From: Promethearchaeota archaeon
GTDB lineage: Archaea > Asgardarchaeota > Lokiarchaeia > Sigyniarchaeales > SOKP01
Assembly (NCBI GenBank): GCA_048940925.1
Contig: JBHLOC010000006.1
Span: 1 to 64,000 of the forward strand
Direction: 5' to 3'
DNA length: 64,000 nt
Position 1 is the first letter of the stretch. Every line of letters starts with the position of its first letter. Made by a program: the position numbers and the translations under genes. Positions 48,707-58,964 of this stretch are shown in pieces. The notes below the pieces were generated by a model. The model was not told where the DNA came from, searched no databases, and was given only the letters and a program-made list of their open reading frames with translations.

Positions 48707-49358
48707 AAGACCTTATGTAATATTAAGCGCAGCGATGACAATCGATGGAAAAATTGCATCTAAATCAGGAGATCCTGATATATCTGATGAAGAGGATTGG
48801 AGAGAGGTACATAAACTTAGAACTCAAGTAGATGCAATAATGGTAGGGAAAGGTACAATTTTAAAAGACAACCCAAAACTTCATATTAAATATTATAAAC
48901 ATAAAGGATATAAAAGAATAGTTGTGGATAGTAATCTTTCAATTCCTCTTGATTCCAAAATAATTACTTTTCAACCAAAATTATATCCTACAATAATATG
49001 TACTACTAAAAATTTACCTTTGAAAAAAATTAAAGATTTTGAATCAAAAGGAGTAAGAATTTTGCAATCTAAAGGTGAAAAGAAAGTAGATATTTTAAAA
49101 TTACTGCCTATACTTTATGATTTAGGTGTGCGAAAACTCTTATTAGAAGGAGGAAGTACCTTAAACTGGAGTTTTTTAAAAGAAGATTTAATAGATGAGA
49201 TAAGATTAACCATTGGTCCTTGGATGGTGGGTGGTAAAGACGCGATTAGTTTAGTTGGAGGAGAAGGGTTTGATAAAATGTTAGAAGCACCAAGATTCAG
49301 CTTACAACAAGTTATTAAAAGAGAAAATTATGCGGTTTTAAGATATATTAGGGGCTAA
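48687..49358 (+). CDS. arfC: 2,5-diamino-6-ribosylamino-4(3H)-pyrimidinone 5'-phosphate reductase (RibD C-terminal/ArfC)
   Basis: RPYV....A.T.DGKIA, H.LR...DAI.VG.GT...DNP.L, LLEGG..LN. Confidence 0.88.
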   Translation: MFLKGNKRPYVILSAAMTIDGKIASKSGDPDISDEEDWREVHKLRTQVDAIMVGKGTILKDNPKLHIKYYKHKGYKRIVVDSNLSIPLDSKIITFQPKLYPTIICTTKNLPLKKIKDFESKGVRILQSKGEKKVDILKLLPILYDLGVRKLLLEGGSTLNWSFLKEDLIDEIRLTIGPWMVGGKDAISLVGGEGFDKMLEAPRFSLQQVIKRENYAVLRYIRG

Positions 49359-49360
49359 GA

Positions 49361-50476
49361 ATGAATAAGTCAAATGACCATGATAAGTTTAAAAAATTTT
49401 CTCTAAAGCAATTAATAACTAAAGTTAAAGATATTAAAGCTCAATTACCTATAGAAGAAAGGTACACAATTACTTATTCAAGAAATTTCACATTATCACT
49501 TTCAAATTATTGTATTAATCAGTGTGGTTATTGTTTCTATAATTATAAAATACCAAAAATAAATAGTGATGGAAATGTTATTTTGCTTAGTCGTGAGAAG
49601 ATTTTAACCTTAATTCAAAAAGGTTTAGACTTTAATTGTAAAGAAGTACTGTTAATGTCCGGAGAAAGTCCTGATACATTCGTAGAAGTAAAAGCAGAAT
49701 TAGAAAGTAGAAATTATTGTGATTTTTTTGATTATGTTAAACAAATTTGTATAGATTTATTAGATTTCAATTTATTGCCACATACTAATATTGGTCTACT
49801 CACTTATGATGAAATAAAGGAGCTAAAAAGGTATAATGCCAGTATGGGATTAATGTTGGAAAGCACTAATATGAAACTTTTTGAAAAAGGGAGTGTACAT
49901 GAGCACTCACCAAGTAAATTACCCCGAAAAAGAATAAAACACATCATTAATGCAGGAAAATTAAAAATACCTTTTACTACTGGGTTGTTGTTAGGTATAG
50001 GAGAAACTTTTGAAGATAGGATCAATGATTTATATTTAATCAAAGAAATTCATAAAAAATATGGTCATATCCAAGAGGTTATACTTCAGAATTTCATAAA
50101 TAAGAAAGGAGTACCATATCAACCCAAAAATCCGATTTCAATAGAAAAAATTCTTAGGATTGTAGGAATTGCGAAAATAATATTAGAGAACGATATTGCA
50201 CTACAAGTTCCACCAAACTTAATAAACGGTTTTGAAAAGGAATTTATAGATATGGGAATTGATGATTTTGGTGGAATATCGCCATTTACATTAGATTATA
50301 TAAATCCTGAAAGGGAATGGCCCCAAATTGATAAATTAACCCAAATATGTGAAAACAAGGGATATAAACTTAAAGAAAGACTTCCAATTTATGAAAAATT
50401 TATAAATAAAAGTGAATTTTGTGATGAAAATATTAAAAAAACAATAGACAATATTAATTTAAATGGAGACAACTGA
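49361..50476 (+). CDS. cofG: 7,8-didemethyl-8-hydroxy-5-deazariboflavin (FO) synthase subunit CofG
   Basis: ITYSRN, CINQCGYC, LLPHTN.G, SMGLMLE, IPFTTG.L.GIGE, GHIQEVI.QNF, QVPPNL, D.GGISP.T.D..NPE..WP. Confidence 0.93.
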   Translation: MNKSNDHDKFKKFSLKQLITKVKDIKAQLPIEERYTITYSRNFTLSLSNYCINQCGYCFYNYKIPKINSDGNVILLSREKILTLIQKGLDFNCKEVLLMSGESPDTFVEVKAELESRNYCDFFDYVKQICIDLLDFNLLPHTNIGLLTYDEIKELKRYNASMGLMLESTNMKLFEKGSVHEHSPSKLPRKRIKHIINAGKLKIPFTTGLLLGIGETFEDRINDLYLIKEIHKKYGHIQEVILQNFINKKGVPYQPKNPISIEKILRIVGIAKIILENDIALQVPPNLINGFEKEFIDMGIDDFGGISPFTLDYINPEREWPQIDKLTQICENKGYKLKERLPIYEKFINKSEFCDENIKKTIDNINLNGDN

Positions 50477-51593
50477 AGTTTTTAATCATATAAAGAATGA
50501 TATAAAAGTTATATTAAAAAAAGCATTAATTTCTGAAGAAATCAGTGCTGAAGAAGCATTGAAATTACTTAAAGTAACTGGTAAGGAATTTTTCGCTCTT
50601 CAGAATGTAGCAGATAAATTGTGCTTTATAAAAAAAGATAATGTTGTAACATTTATTATAAATAGGAATATAAATTTTACAAACATTTGCTTTCAAAAAT
50701 GTAAATTCTGCTCCTTTAGTGTTCCACAAGATCATAAAGACGCGTTTTTATTGTCTATTGAAGACATAAGAGAGAAGGTTGTAGAAGCAAAAAGGATCGG
50801 CTGCACTGAAGTGTGTATTCAAGGAGGAATAAATCCAAAATTGAAATTCGAATTCTATTTAAAAATTCTCAAAACTGTTAAAGAAATTGAACCTAAAATA
50901 CATATACATGCCTTCTCTCCTCAGGAAATATTTTTTATGTCAAAATTATACGATAATTCCATTGAAAATACTTTAAAAGAATTAAGGAAAGCAGGTCTTG
51001 ATTCAATTCCTGGAACAGCTGCAGAAATATTAGTTGATAATATTAGAAAGATTATTTGTCCTAATAAAGTTTCAACTTCTCAATGGATAGATATTATTAC
51101 TAAAGCCCATAGTTTAGGTATTCCAACAACTTCTACGATTATGTATGGACATATTGAAAGATTGACTGATATAATTAGACATTTAGAGGTTTTAAGAAAT
51201 ATACAAAAAGAAACTAATGGTTTTACAGAGTTTGTCTCCCTACCTTTTGTAAAAGAAAAACCAATTCTATCAAAATTAAAAAATTATCCATTAAGAGCTA
51301 GTTATGGAATGGATGATTTAAAGTTATTTTGTGTGGCACGAATATTCTTTAATAATTTTATCGATAATATCCAATGCAGTTGGGTAAAATTAGGACCGAA
51401 ATTTGCTCAAATTTCTTTAAATTTTGGTGTTAATGACTTTTCTGGAACTTTAATGGAAGAAAATATTTCAAGAAGTGCTGGTGCTGAGTTTGGTCAATAT
51501 TTACCACCAGAAGAAATAGTACAGATCATTAAGGCAGCCGGAAAGAAACCAGCTCAGAGAGATACCCTTTATAATATATTGAAATATTACTAA
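50463..51593 (+). CDS. cofH: FO synthase subunit CofH
   Basis: NRNINFTNIC...CKFC, HIHAFSP.E, PGTAAEIL, T.MYGH.E, NIQ.SWVKLG, GTLMEE.IS..AG. Confidence 0.93.
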   Translation: METTEVFNHIKNDIKVILKKALISEEISAEEALKLLKVTGKEFFALQNVADKLCFIKKDNVVTFIINRNINFTNICFQKCKFCSFSVPQDHKDAFLLSIEDIREKVVEAKRIGCTEVCIQGGINPKLKFEFYLKILKTVKEIEPKIHIHAFSPQEIFFMSKLYDNSIENTLKELRKAGLDSIPGTAAEILVDNIRKIICPNKVSTSQWIDIITKAHSLGIPTTSTIMYGHIERLTDIIRHLEVLRNIQKETNGFTEFVSLPFVKEKPILSKLKNYPLRASYGMDDLKLFCVARIFFNNFIDNIQCSWVKLGPKFAQISLNFGVNDFSGTLMEENISRSAGAEFGQYLPPEEIVQIIKAAGKKPAQRDTLYNILKYY

Positions 51594-51596
51594 GTG

Positions 51597-53453
51597 TTAT
51601 TCCATCTGTAAATATTCTAGAAAATATCGCTGAGCTAAAAGATCTGAATTAACCATACCTAGAACTTTTCCTTGATCCACTACCGGCATTGCAGAAATCT
51701 GATATTGTTCAAGCTCACGAACAATATCTAATAGAGAAAAATCTGGGAATGCTGTAATAACATTTTGAGTCATTATTTTCTCAATATGGACATCACAACT
51801 ATTAGAAGCTACCGCTGCTGTTATATCCCAATCTGTCACAACTCCTACTAGTTTATTCTTAGAAAGTACTGCTATAATTCCACTTTCTTTCTCAATCATT
51901 AAGGCAGCAGCTTCTTGTATACTTTTGTTAACATTAATAGTCGGAATTGAAATCATAATATCTTTTGCTGTACGTTCACTTTCTTTTGCAGTTAAACGCT
52001 GGAGGCTGATGAGTTCAGCGGCAGTACTAGGAAGCATATCAGGATTTCCGGCTAACAAATCGATTAATTCAATCATGTTATGAGGAATAACTTTTTCTCT
52101 ATATTCTATTCCCGCTTTAAGTCGTGCTTTTGAGAGATCAGCAAATTCATTTGAATGTTCTTTTAACCATTTTTCTACTGATTCACGATTACCTAACATC
52201 TCTTCTGGAATTTGTAAATGATCTGGAGTTTTTATAATATGCTCTTGAGCTGCAAATATCACACCTCCTGAATTAACTAAATAATCATTTGCAATCATAA
52301 CTCCCTTTTCTCTATATACAATTTGTTCCATCCGTATTCGAGCTGCTTTTCTATTAGGATCTGGACTATAAGTATTTGCACCTTCTATTATTAATGACCA
52401 TTTACCCATTCGATCAACGAGCATCGAAGGATTTTCAGAGCTTCTAACACCTAAATAATTAAAAATTGGAGCTGCAGGAATCATACAAAAAGCATTTTCA
52501 AGAAGCAAATTATTTGCGTTTGTAGAAAATTTAGTTGGATGTTTATACCCTTCTGAAATTATTTGATTTTTAAAATATAGGTTAGAAACTAATTTTTTTT
52601 CTCTCCAGAGTTTAAATAATTCTCCAATAGGTAATCCAGTTTCATTATATAAATATCCTTCCAAATCACTAACACCTACTACTTTTGCTTCAGGTAATCG
52701 TTCTTGTAATGCACGAGCAGCATGAGCTCCTACTGCTCCAAAACCTTGAATTAATATTTTGAGATCATTTGCATAAGGAATTTCCAAATTAGCGAATTGA
52801 GTAAGGACTCTTAACCTGGGCATTATTTCCAATAAAGTTTGTAACGCAATTATCACTCCTTCACCAGCAGCTCCAAGTTCATCAATACGATTCCCTCCCA
52901 TATCAACAGGCTTAGAGAGAGCATTATCTATCCCATTTTCAATTGCAATAGTCTTCATATCAATATCATTAGTCCCAACATCAGGTCCTGGTAGGTATAT
53001 GTCTACATATCTACGGATTAATTGAGCAAAACCACGAACTATATTCATATGTTCTTCATCGGTGAGTCCCGTTTCTGCTACAATTCCTGCTTTTCCACCC
53101 CCATAGGGAAGATTAGCTGCAGCATTTTTTAAAGTCATACCTCTCGCTAAATTATGAATATCGGCAGGTGTTATATTGGGTAACATTCTTATGCCTCCCA
53201 TACTCGGTTTTCCCATACTTAGATTATCAATAACAAGATAACCACCTATTTCTAATTGAGATTCTTCATCCCAAACACATGCTACTAGATGAGGACCTAA
53301 CTTATCAGAGACAATGCCAAGTTGAGATAACAAATGCTCATCTAAATTACTAAATTCTAAATAGCACCTTCCTTTATCTTTTTTAAGTCGAGTTTTGAGA
53401 GTTGCACTTGGTAATTTTTCTTTAAGAAAGACCTCCATTTTCTTTGGAATCAT
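51597..53453 (-). CDS. Glu/Leu/Phe/Val dehydrogenase with C-terminal CBS pair
   Basis: GGIRM, LARGMT.K, LP.GGGK, PGPDVGT, IQGFGAVG, EGAN, NSGGV; CBS repeats at the C-terminus. Confidence 0.88.
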   Translation of the reverse strand: MIPKKMEVFLKEKLPSATLKTRLKKDKGRCYLEFSNLDEHLLSQLGIVSDKLGPHLVACVWDEESQLEIGGYLVIDNLSMGKPSMGGIRMLPNITPADIHNLARGMTLKNAAANLPYGGGKAGIVAETGLTDEEHMNIVRGFAQLIRRYVDIYLPGPDVGTNDIDMKTIAIENGIDNALSKPVDMGGNRIDELGAAGEGVIIALQTLLEIMPRLRVLTQFANLEIPYANDLKILIQGFGAVGAHAARALQERLPEAKVVGVSDLEGYLYNETGLPIGELFKLWREKKLVSNLYFKNQIISEGYKHPTKFSTNANNLLLENAFCMIPAAPIFNYLGVRSSENPSMLVDRMGKWSLIIEGANTYSPDPNRKAARIRMEQIVYREKGVMIANDYLVNSGGVIFAAQEHIIKTPDHLQIPEEMLGNRESVEKWLKEHSNEFADLSKARLKAGIEYREKVIPHNMIELIDLLAGNPDMLPSTAAELISLQRLTAKESERTAKDIMISIPTINVNKSIQEAAALMIEKESGIIAVLSKNKLVGVVTDWDITAAVASNSCDVHIEKIMTQNVITAFPDFSLLDIVRELEQYQISAMPVVDQGKVLGMVNSDLLAQRYFLEYLQME

Positions 53454-53609
53454 AACTAATGCCCTTTTAAAATTCGGATTATTTTTATTTAAGTATGTTT
53501 ACTATAATGAGTCTTTCTAATTTAAAATGTCTGGTTTAATACTTTTTAATCACTTGGATTACTTCTATCTAAAAATAATTAATTAAAACTATAATGAATA
53601 AAACTATAT

Positions 53610-53828
53610 ATGGAAATTCGTACTAAGAAGCTTCTATTAATTGGAATAGAACAAGCAATACCTTATCTCATTAATAAGTTTTATCAAGAGGATTTAATCC
53701 CAAATATAGGGCATTTAATTGAGAATGGGGTCATAGTTGAAGCATATCCATTAGCTCATTTGTTGCAAATTCCAAAGTCTAAAAACTCACATGGTAAAAT
53801 TCTACAAGAGTTTTTTTATAATAATTAA
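53610..53828 (+). CDS. small hypothetical protein or gene fragment
   Basis: 72-aa ATG ORF, no motif recognised. Confidence 0.3.
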   Translation: MEIRTKKLLLIGIEQAIPYLINKFYQEDLIPNIGHLIENGVIVEAYPLAHLLQIPKSKNSHGKILQEFFYNN

Positions 53829-53949
53829 GTCTCATTATGAGAAAATTTATTTTTTCATACTCGATCTAATTTTTTTTAAAGTTTTAATCATTTTTATTAT
53901 AAATTGATTTAAACCTAATTTTTATTCTTTTAAAGAAAAATAAAAATTC

Positions 53950-54249
53950 TTGGTGATTATTATTACAATAAGTATTATCGCAACTGTCCATGTTAGAGAA
54001 GGCAAAATGGAAGAAGCAAAAGAAGTTCTAAAGAAAATAGTTCCTAAAATAAAAGAATCTGAGCCAGGAACTTTAGAATATATTCCTCATTCAGTAAAAC
54101 AAGATCCAAATGCAATTATTTTTTATGAAAAATATGCTGATGACGATGCTATGAAAACACATACGAAAAATTTAGGGAAAAATATGGCAGAATTAGGACC
54201 ATTATTGGAACCGGGAACGGATATCAAAAATCTTAAGGAAATTCTATAA
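53950..54249 (+). CDS. antibiotic biosynthesis monooxygenase (ABM)/putative quinol monooxygenase
   Basis: EPGTL.Y, FYEKY.D..A...H. Confidence 0.85.
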   Translation: MVIIITISIIATVHVREGKMEEAKEVLKKIVPKIKESEPGTLEYIPHSVKQDPNAIIFYEKYADDDAMKTHTKNLGKNMAELGPLLEPGTDIKNLKEIL

Positions 54250-54420
54250 ATCAAATCTCTTTTTTTTATTTTATCATCTTGAACATATAGGTTGCCAATT
54301 TGAAAAAATATATCTACATATTTTAATTCTCAACCAACATAATTTTAGTGTTAAATATCTTTTTATTTTACCTTATGAACTTTAAGATAAATTCTATTAA
54401 AAAGAAATTAATTTTTTTAT

Positions 54421-55992
54421 TCATACATCTTGTATATAAGGTTTACCTGAGTGTATTGAGAATTCTGCCTTATTTAATTCTCGACCTAAATAGTTTAAGT
54501 GATAAACATCTTTTGTTAAATTTAGTTGAATAATTTTCTTACTCAATGCTTCAGCATTATCTCCTATTAATGTATTTTGAAGTTCATCGTCATTTGAAAA
54601 AAATAAGACATATATTTTTTTAGAATAGTGGTTAATATATATTCTAAAATACCCGTTCTTATCAGGAATATAAGTAGGATTTTGAGTATTTACTAGGATT
54701 GCATTTTTTTCATCAATTTCAGGTACACCTTGACTTGTTTTTCCTTTTGCTTTAAAAACTGATATTCCTTGATTAATAGGGGGCGTTCTATTGTATTTTG
54801 ATATATAATTTAATTTAACACATTCATTTAACTCTGCAATACCACCTATTAGTTTTGTACTATGCTCAACTGTGAATAAAATACCTATATCTAATTCAAT
54901 TGCTATGCTAGCTAGTAATCCATTGATTCCAACAGAATCTATGTCCATTAACTCAACCACATTTGAAATTCCAAAGAATAAAGGTAACTCTAAATGCATG
55001 TTTTCAGGTTTGGACACAATTTTTCTATATAAGAAATAAGTTTGTAAAGAATTGCAAATTCCAGGGGATATAGGTGTTTCTAATAGAGGATCAGCGATTA
55101 ATTTTGTAAATCCATAGTTTTGCATTTCTTTAGTTAAAGAAAGGAGATTTTTGACCCTAGAATTAGGATCTTTTGGGAAAACTCCTTTATTTATTATTGA
55201 CGGTAACAATACAATTGGAATATCTTTTGGGATATTTAAAAATTTACGATAATTTCCAAGGTCAAAACTCAAAACCAAATCAATATCTTTTTTAATGGCA
55301 GTGAAAATTTCATCTTTATGCATTGAATCAATACTAACTAATATATTAAAATTATTTCGAATTAAGTTAATTACTTCCTTAACTCTTTTCGGGTCTGGTT
55401 TATTGGCTATACAGCCAATATCTATTATATCTGCTCCCGATTGAATATAGTGAGAAACTTTTTTAATGATATCTTTATCAGATTTTTTAGTACAATTAAC
55501 AATTTCTGCTATAATAGGTGGTGCAATTCCGTGTCCAATTATTATATCTGAGGATTTTTCATTAAGATAAAAAGTGTGCTGGCAGATATTTTTCTTTGCT
55601 ATTTTAATGTTTTTTAATAATACTTCCTTAAATAACTCATCTCCAGATGTTTCCATTAATTTATTAGCTGGAATTGAATTAGATAATTTAATTTTATGTA
55701 AATTTTCTAAAATGATAGGGATATCTGATGCAAATTCGGGACCTTTTTTAATGTTAGCAGAAAACTGTCTTTCTAAATCTTTTGTATCCCATTGAACGAA
55801 ACCAGGGATTAAAATTAAATCATATTTTGATAATGTTATTAATTTTAAGATTTTTTTTGTTATATTTTGAGTGAGAAAAGCTGAAATCGAGATTGGTGCT
55901 TTATAAACTTCTATATTATGTTTTATAATTGGTTGAACAATTTTTGTAATTGATGGATAACTCTGTTGACCAGTAATGATGAGAATTTTAAT
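54421..55992 (-). CDS. dihydropteroate synthase-related protein (archaeal, methanopterin-linked; probable ATT start at 55992)
   Basis: Frame open from (I)KILIITG...LILIPG...KGP through IIAEI, GADIIDIG, SIDS, ADP.L, G..NV.EL.D.DS.G.N, YLGREL.KA. Confidence 0.85.
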   Translation of the reverse strand: MKILIITGQQSYPSITKIVQPIIKHNIEVYKAPISISAFLTQNITKKILKLITLSKYDLILIPGFVQWDTKDLERQFSANIKKGPEFASDIPIILENLHKIKLSNSIPANKLMETSGDELFKEVLLKNIKIAKKNICQHTFYLNEKSSDIIIGHGIAPPIIAEIVNCTKKSDKDIIKKVSHYIQSGADIIDIGCIANKPDPKRVKEVINLIRNNFNILVSIDSMHKDEIFTAIKKDIDLVLSFDLGNYRKFLNIPKDIPIVLLPSIINKGVFPKDPNSRVKNLLSLTKEMQNYGFTKLIADPLLETPISPGICNSLQTYFLYRKIVSKPENMHLELPLFFGISNVVELMDIDSVGINGLLASIAIELDIGILFTVEHSTKLIGGIAELNECVKLNYISKYNRTPPINQGISVFKAKGKTSQGVPEIDEKNAILVNTQNPTYIPDKNGYFRIYINHYSKKIYVLFFSNDDELQNTLIGDNAEALSKKIIQLNLTKDVYHLNYLGRELNKAEFSIHSGKPYIQDV

Positions 55993-57079
55993 TTAAATCA
56001 CTTATCAACTTATCTTTTTCAAATGGAATAAAAATATCATCCAAAATAGAGCCGCTGGCATCCTTAATTTTTAAATTGTTAATGATGGGCTCAAATTCAC
56101 CCCCAAGAATTCCATTCGCTATGAAAGCAGCACCTTGAGCAGCGCGTTTTGCTATTTGACTATATGATTTCATTATTCTTACGGGAGCAACATCAGATAA
56201 CCCATTAGTAATTTTGTTTTTAAAATAATTGAGATTAGCACCCCTTCCAGCCAATAATATTTCACTAATTTTATTTTTACGAGAAAAGGAGGATGAAATT
56301 CCAAAAACTGCCTTTTTTACGCTTGACAAATAAGCTTTTAGAGCCATTTTTGTCTGTTCATCTTTTTCAGCCAAAATAGTTATTTCTTTTAGACTTAAAT
56401 CAGAATACCCTGAGATAAAGGCAACACCGCCTTTATATATATTCTTTTTATGGATATTTTTAATAAGGTAAGCAAGTTCGCCATCAAGAGAACCACTCGC
56501 TCTGAATCCAAGAATGTTTGAACCACCTATCCCATCTACAACTTGACCATTTTCAATTGCTAACACAGCAGTAAATCCATAACCTATTTCAACCATTATA
56601 AAGTTAGTGTATTTAGGAGATACACCAAATCTTTCACTCTGATCTCTAATTCCTGTTACTGTAGTACATATTTTATCAGCAGTACCCATATCAATTTTGT
56701 TGATTTTTCGATATCTGGGGACCGTGGGTAAATGCTTAACACCAGGAACTATTATTCCAGGTATATTTTGAGCTTTAATTAACCTTAATATTTTACCAAG
56801 TCCTACAAGTTTATTTTTCTCATGTTCTTCAAATTTTAATAATGTGAAGAATATATCCTTTTCTGTTAAATCTTTCACTTTTTTTAATGGAAGTCCAAAT
56901 CCACTTGGAGCAACCATTAAATCAATGTTATCAACAGATTTTATTATTGTTATTACTTTTTGAGGATTCTGGATTAACTCTTTTGTAGGAATTGATGTGT
57001 CTAATATTATTTTATTATTATCTAACCCGAAGAAATCCCATGATTTACTACCAGGGTCGATTCCAATTACTCTTACCAC
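55988..57079 (-). CDS. DUF1464 family (butyrate kinase-like/ASKHA fold) protein
   Basis: GIDPG.KS.D, APSG.G.P, PGV.HLPTVP.YRK.N.IDMGTADK, DG.GG, G.LDGE. Confidence 0.8.
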   Translation of the reverse strand: MVRVIGIDPGSKSWDFFGLDNNKIILDTSIPTKELIQNPQKVITIIKSVDNIDLMVAPSGFGLPLKKVKDLTEKDIFFTLLKFEEHEKNKLVGLGKILRLIKAQNIPGIIVPGVKHLPTVPRYRKINKIDMGTADKICTTVTGIRDQSERFGVSPKYTNFIMVEIGYGFTAVLAIENGQVVDGIGGSNILGFRASGSLDGELAYLIKNIHKKNIYKGGVAFISGYSDLSLKEITILAEKDEQTKMALKAYLSSVKKAVFGISSSFSRKNKISEILLAGRGANLNYFKNKITNGLSDVAPVRIMKSYSQIAKRAAQGAAFIANGILGGEFEPIINNLKIKDASGSILDDIFIPFEKDKLISDLN

Positions 57080-57272
57080 AAAAACTCAATATTAAATTGA
57101 AATTTTTATTAATTAGTCAAATTTTTTATTTGTTTTAATAGTTAGCTTCAATAAAAAAAGAATCTGTTTATACTTTTTAGGAAGTCTTTTTAAATTAAAC
57201 CAAAGATTTTAGATAAAAAACATAAATTATAATTAAATTTCAAAAGTTTAATAAAAATAAGAGTAAATTTAG

Positions 57273-57815
57273 GTGAATAATATTCCTCTAGTAAAAGTAT
57301 TTGTTTGTAAGATTTGTGGAGAAGCATATATAGGAGAGAAAGAACCTTCACGTTGTCCATTTTGCGGAGCGTATGAAAAATTTTTTGTTGAATCAACAAA
57401 GTATGATGATTCAGGAGCTTGGGATGTTGATTTAAATGAAAAGGATAAAACTAATGCTGAAAAAGCTTTAGAAGTAGAAATATCGAATAATATTTTTTAT
57501 AAATGTGCAAGTGAGAAAACACCTGAATTAGATGGAAAAAAGATTTTTAAAATTCTAGCAAAAGTAGAAGCAGAACACGCTTCAGTTTGGAAGAAAATTC
57601 TCAAATTGGACAAGGTAGAATTTCCTAAATATGATAAGTGTGCCGCAGAATACAAACCAAACCTTGAAGAATCCCATGCAAGGGAAGATAGAGCAATAAA
57701 ATTCTATAGTCAAGCTGCGGCTGATGCCGAAAATCCACGTGTAAAGGAAATTTTTGAAGCGTTTGTGGATGTGGAAAGAGATCATCTTCACTTGTCAGAA
57801 AAAAGATTGAAATAA
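57273..57815 (+). CDS. reverse rubrerythrin-like protein (rubredoxin-like plus ferritin-like domain)
   Basis: CKICG...P..CPFCGA; E.....FY, EAEH, E..AI.FY, E..H diiron motifs. Confidence 0.85.
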   Translation: MNNIPLVKVFVCKICGEAYIGEKEPSRCPFCGAYEKFFVESTKYDDSGAWDVDLNEKDKTNAEKALEVEISNNIFYKCASEKTPELDGKKIFKILAKVEAEHASVWKKILKLDKVEFPKYDKCAAEYKPNLEESHAREDRAIKFYSQAAADAENPRVKEIFEAFVDVERDHLHLSEKRLK

Positions 57816-57970
57816 AATATTTAATTAATTATTTTTTATTTTTTCTTTAAAAGAGATTTTTTTATAACTGATAAGAGAAGAAATGCAAGATGATATAGTA
57901 TTTTTAGAGTCTTGCAGAATGTAAATTTTATTTTCTTTTTTGTATTTTTTTTAATTGGTGAATATTTTTA

Positions 57971-58942
57971 TTGATTGATTCAGTTGAAGGATTCATTTTT
58001 GAAATACAAAAGATGTCAACTGAAGATGGCCCAGGTATTAGAACAACGGTATTTTTTAAACAATGTCCTTTAAGATGCAAATGGTGTCATAACCCAGAAT
58101 CACTTTTTAAACACCCACAGTTAGAATGGTTTAAACATAAATGTATTGGATGTAAAACATGTATAGAAATTTGCGAAGAGCAGGCATTATTTTTTAATGA
58201 GGAAGGATTACTAATTGATAGACAAAAATGCGTAAATTGCGGAAGATGTGCAGAAGAATGTCCGAGTACAGCATTGCATATGATTGGCGAATACTGGGAT
58301 TTAGATAATTTATTTCGAGAGATAGAAAAAGATAAAGTATATTATACAGAATCTAATGGGGGAATTACAATATCAGGTGGAGAGCCAACGGTTCAATCTG
58401 AGTTCACTCTCCACTTTTTAAAAAAATGTAAAGATAATGGCATATCAACAGCGTTAGATACTTGTGGATATGCATCAAAGAAAATTTTCGAGAAGTTATT
58501 ACCACATGTTGATTTAGTTCTTTTAGATATTAAAGAAATTGATAAAAAAAAACATAAAGCATATACAGGAGTTACAAATGATTTAATACTGGAAAATGCC
58601 ATTTGGATTTCTAAATATGTTCAAAAAAATAATAAAGAAATTTGGATAAGAACACCAATTATACCAAAATACACTGGAACTGATGAAAATATTAAGGGTA
58701 TTGGAGAATTTATAGTCAACCAACTAAATAACATTCCTGAACGCTGGGATTTATTGGCTTTTAATAACTTGTGTAGTGCAAAATATGAAAGATTAGATAT
58801 GGATTGGGCCTTAAAAGGTTTTTCAGTGATATCGAGGAATGAAATTGAGCATTTCTGTAAGATTGCAAAATCAACTGGTGTAAAAAATGTGCGATGGTCA
58901 GGTTTAGTAAAAAGAGAGGAAAATAGTTATAAAAATGAATAA
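57971..58942 (+). CDS. glycyl-radical enzyme activating enzyme (radical SAM with ferredoxin insert)
   Basis: DGPGIRT.VF.K.CPL.C.WCHNPE, two CxxCxxCxxxC, GG.T.SGGEP, DTCG. Confidence 0.92.
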   Translation: MIDSVEGFIFEIQKMSTEDGPGIRTTVFFKQCPLRCKWCHNPESLFKHPQLEWFKHKCIGCKTCIEICEEQALFFNEEGLLIDRQKCVNCGRCAEECPSTALHMIGEYWDLDNLFREIEKDKVYYTESNGGITISGGEPTVQSEFTLHFLKKCKDNGISTALDTCGYASKKIFEKLLPHVDLVLLDIKEIDKKKHKAYTGVTNDLILENAIWISKYVQKNNKEIWIRTPIIPKYTGTDENIKGIGEFIVNQLNNIPERWDLLAFNNLCSAKYERLDMDWALKGFSVISRNEIEHFCKIAKSTGVKNVRWSGLVKREENSYKNE

Positions 58943-58964
58943 TTAGATTGATAAAAATATAATC

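Noticed and set aside
54270-54300. Short minus-strand sequence (GNLYVQDD) resembling the DHPS-like gene's end (GKPYIQDV)
   Set aside because: Too short to distinguish a duplication scar from chance
1508-58602. Many short antisense or overlapping ORFs in the track (e.g. 1919..2335, 11000..11380, 33288..33638, 39874..40140, 41950..42276)
   Set aside because: They are shadow frames of well-supported genes on the other strand or frame, with no motifs
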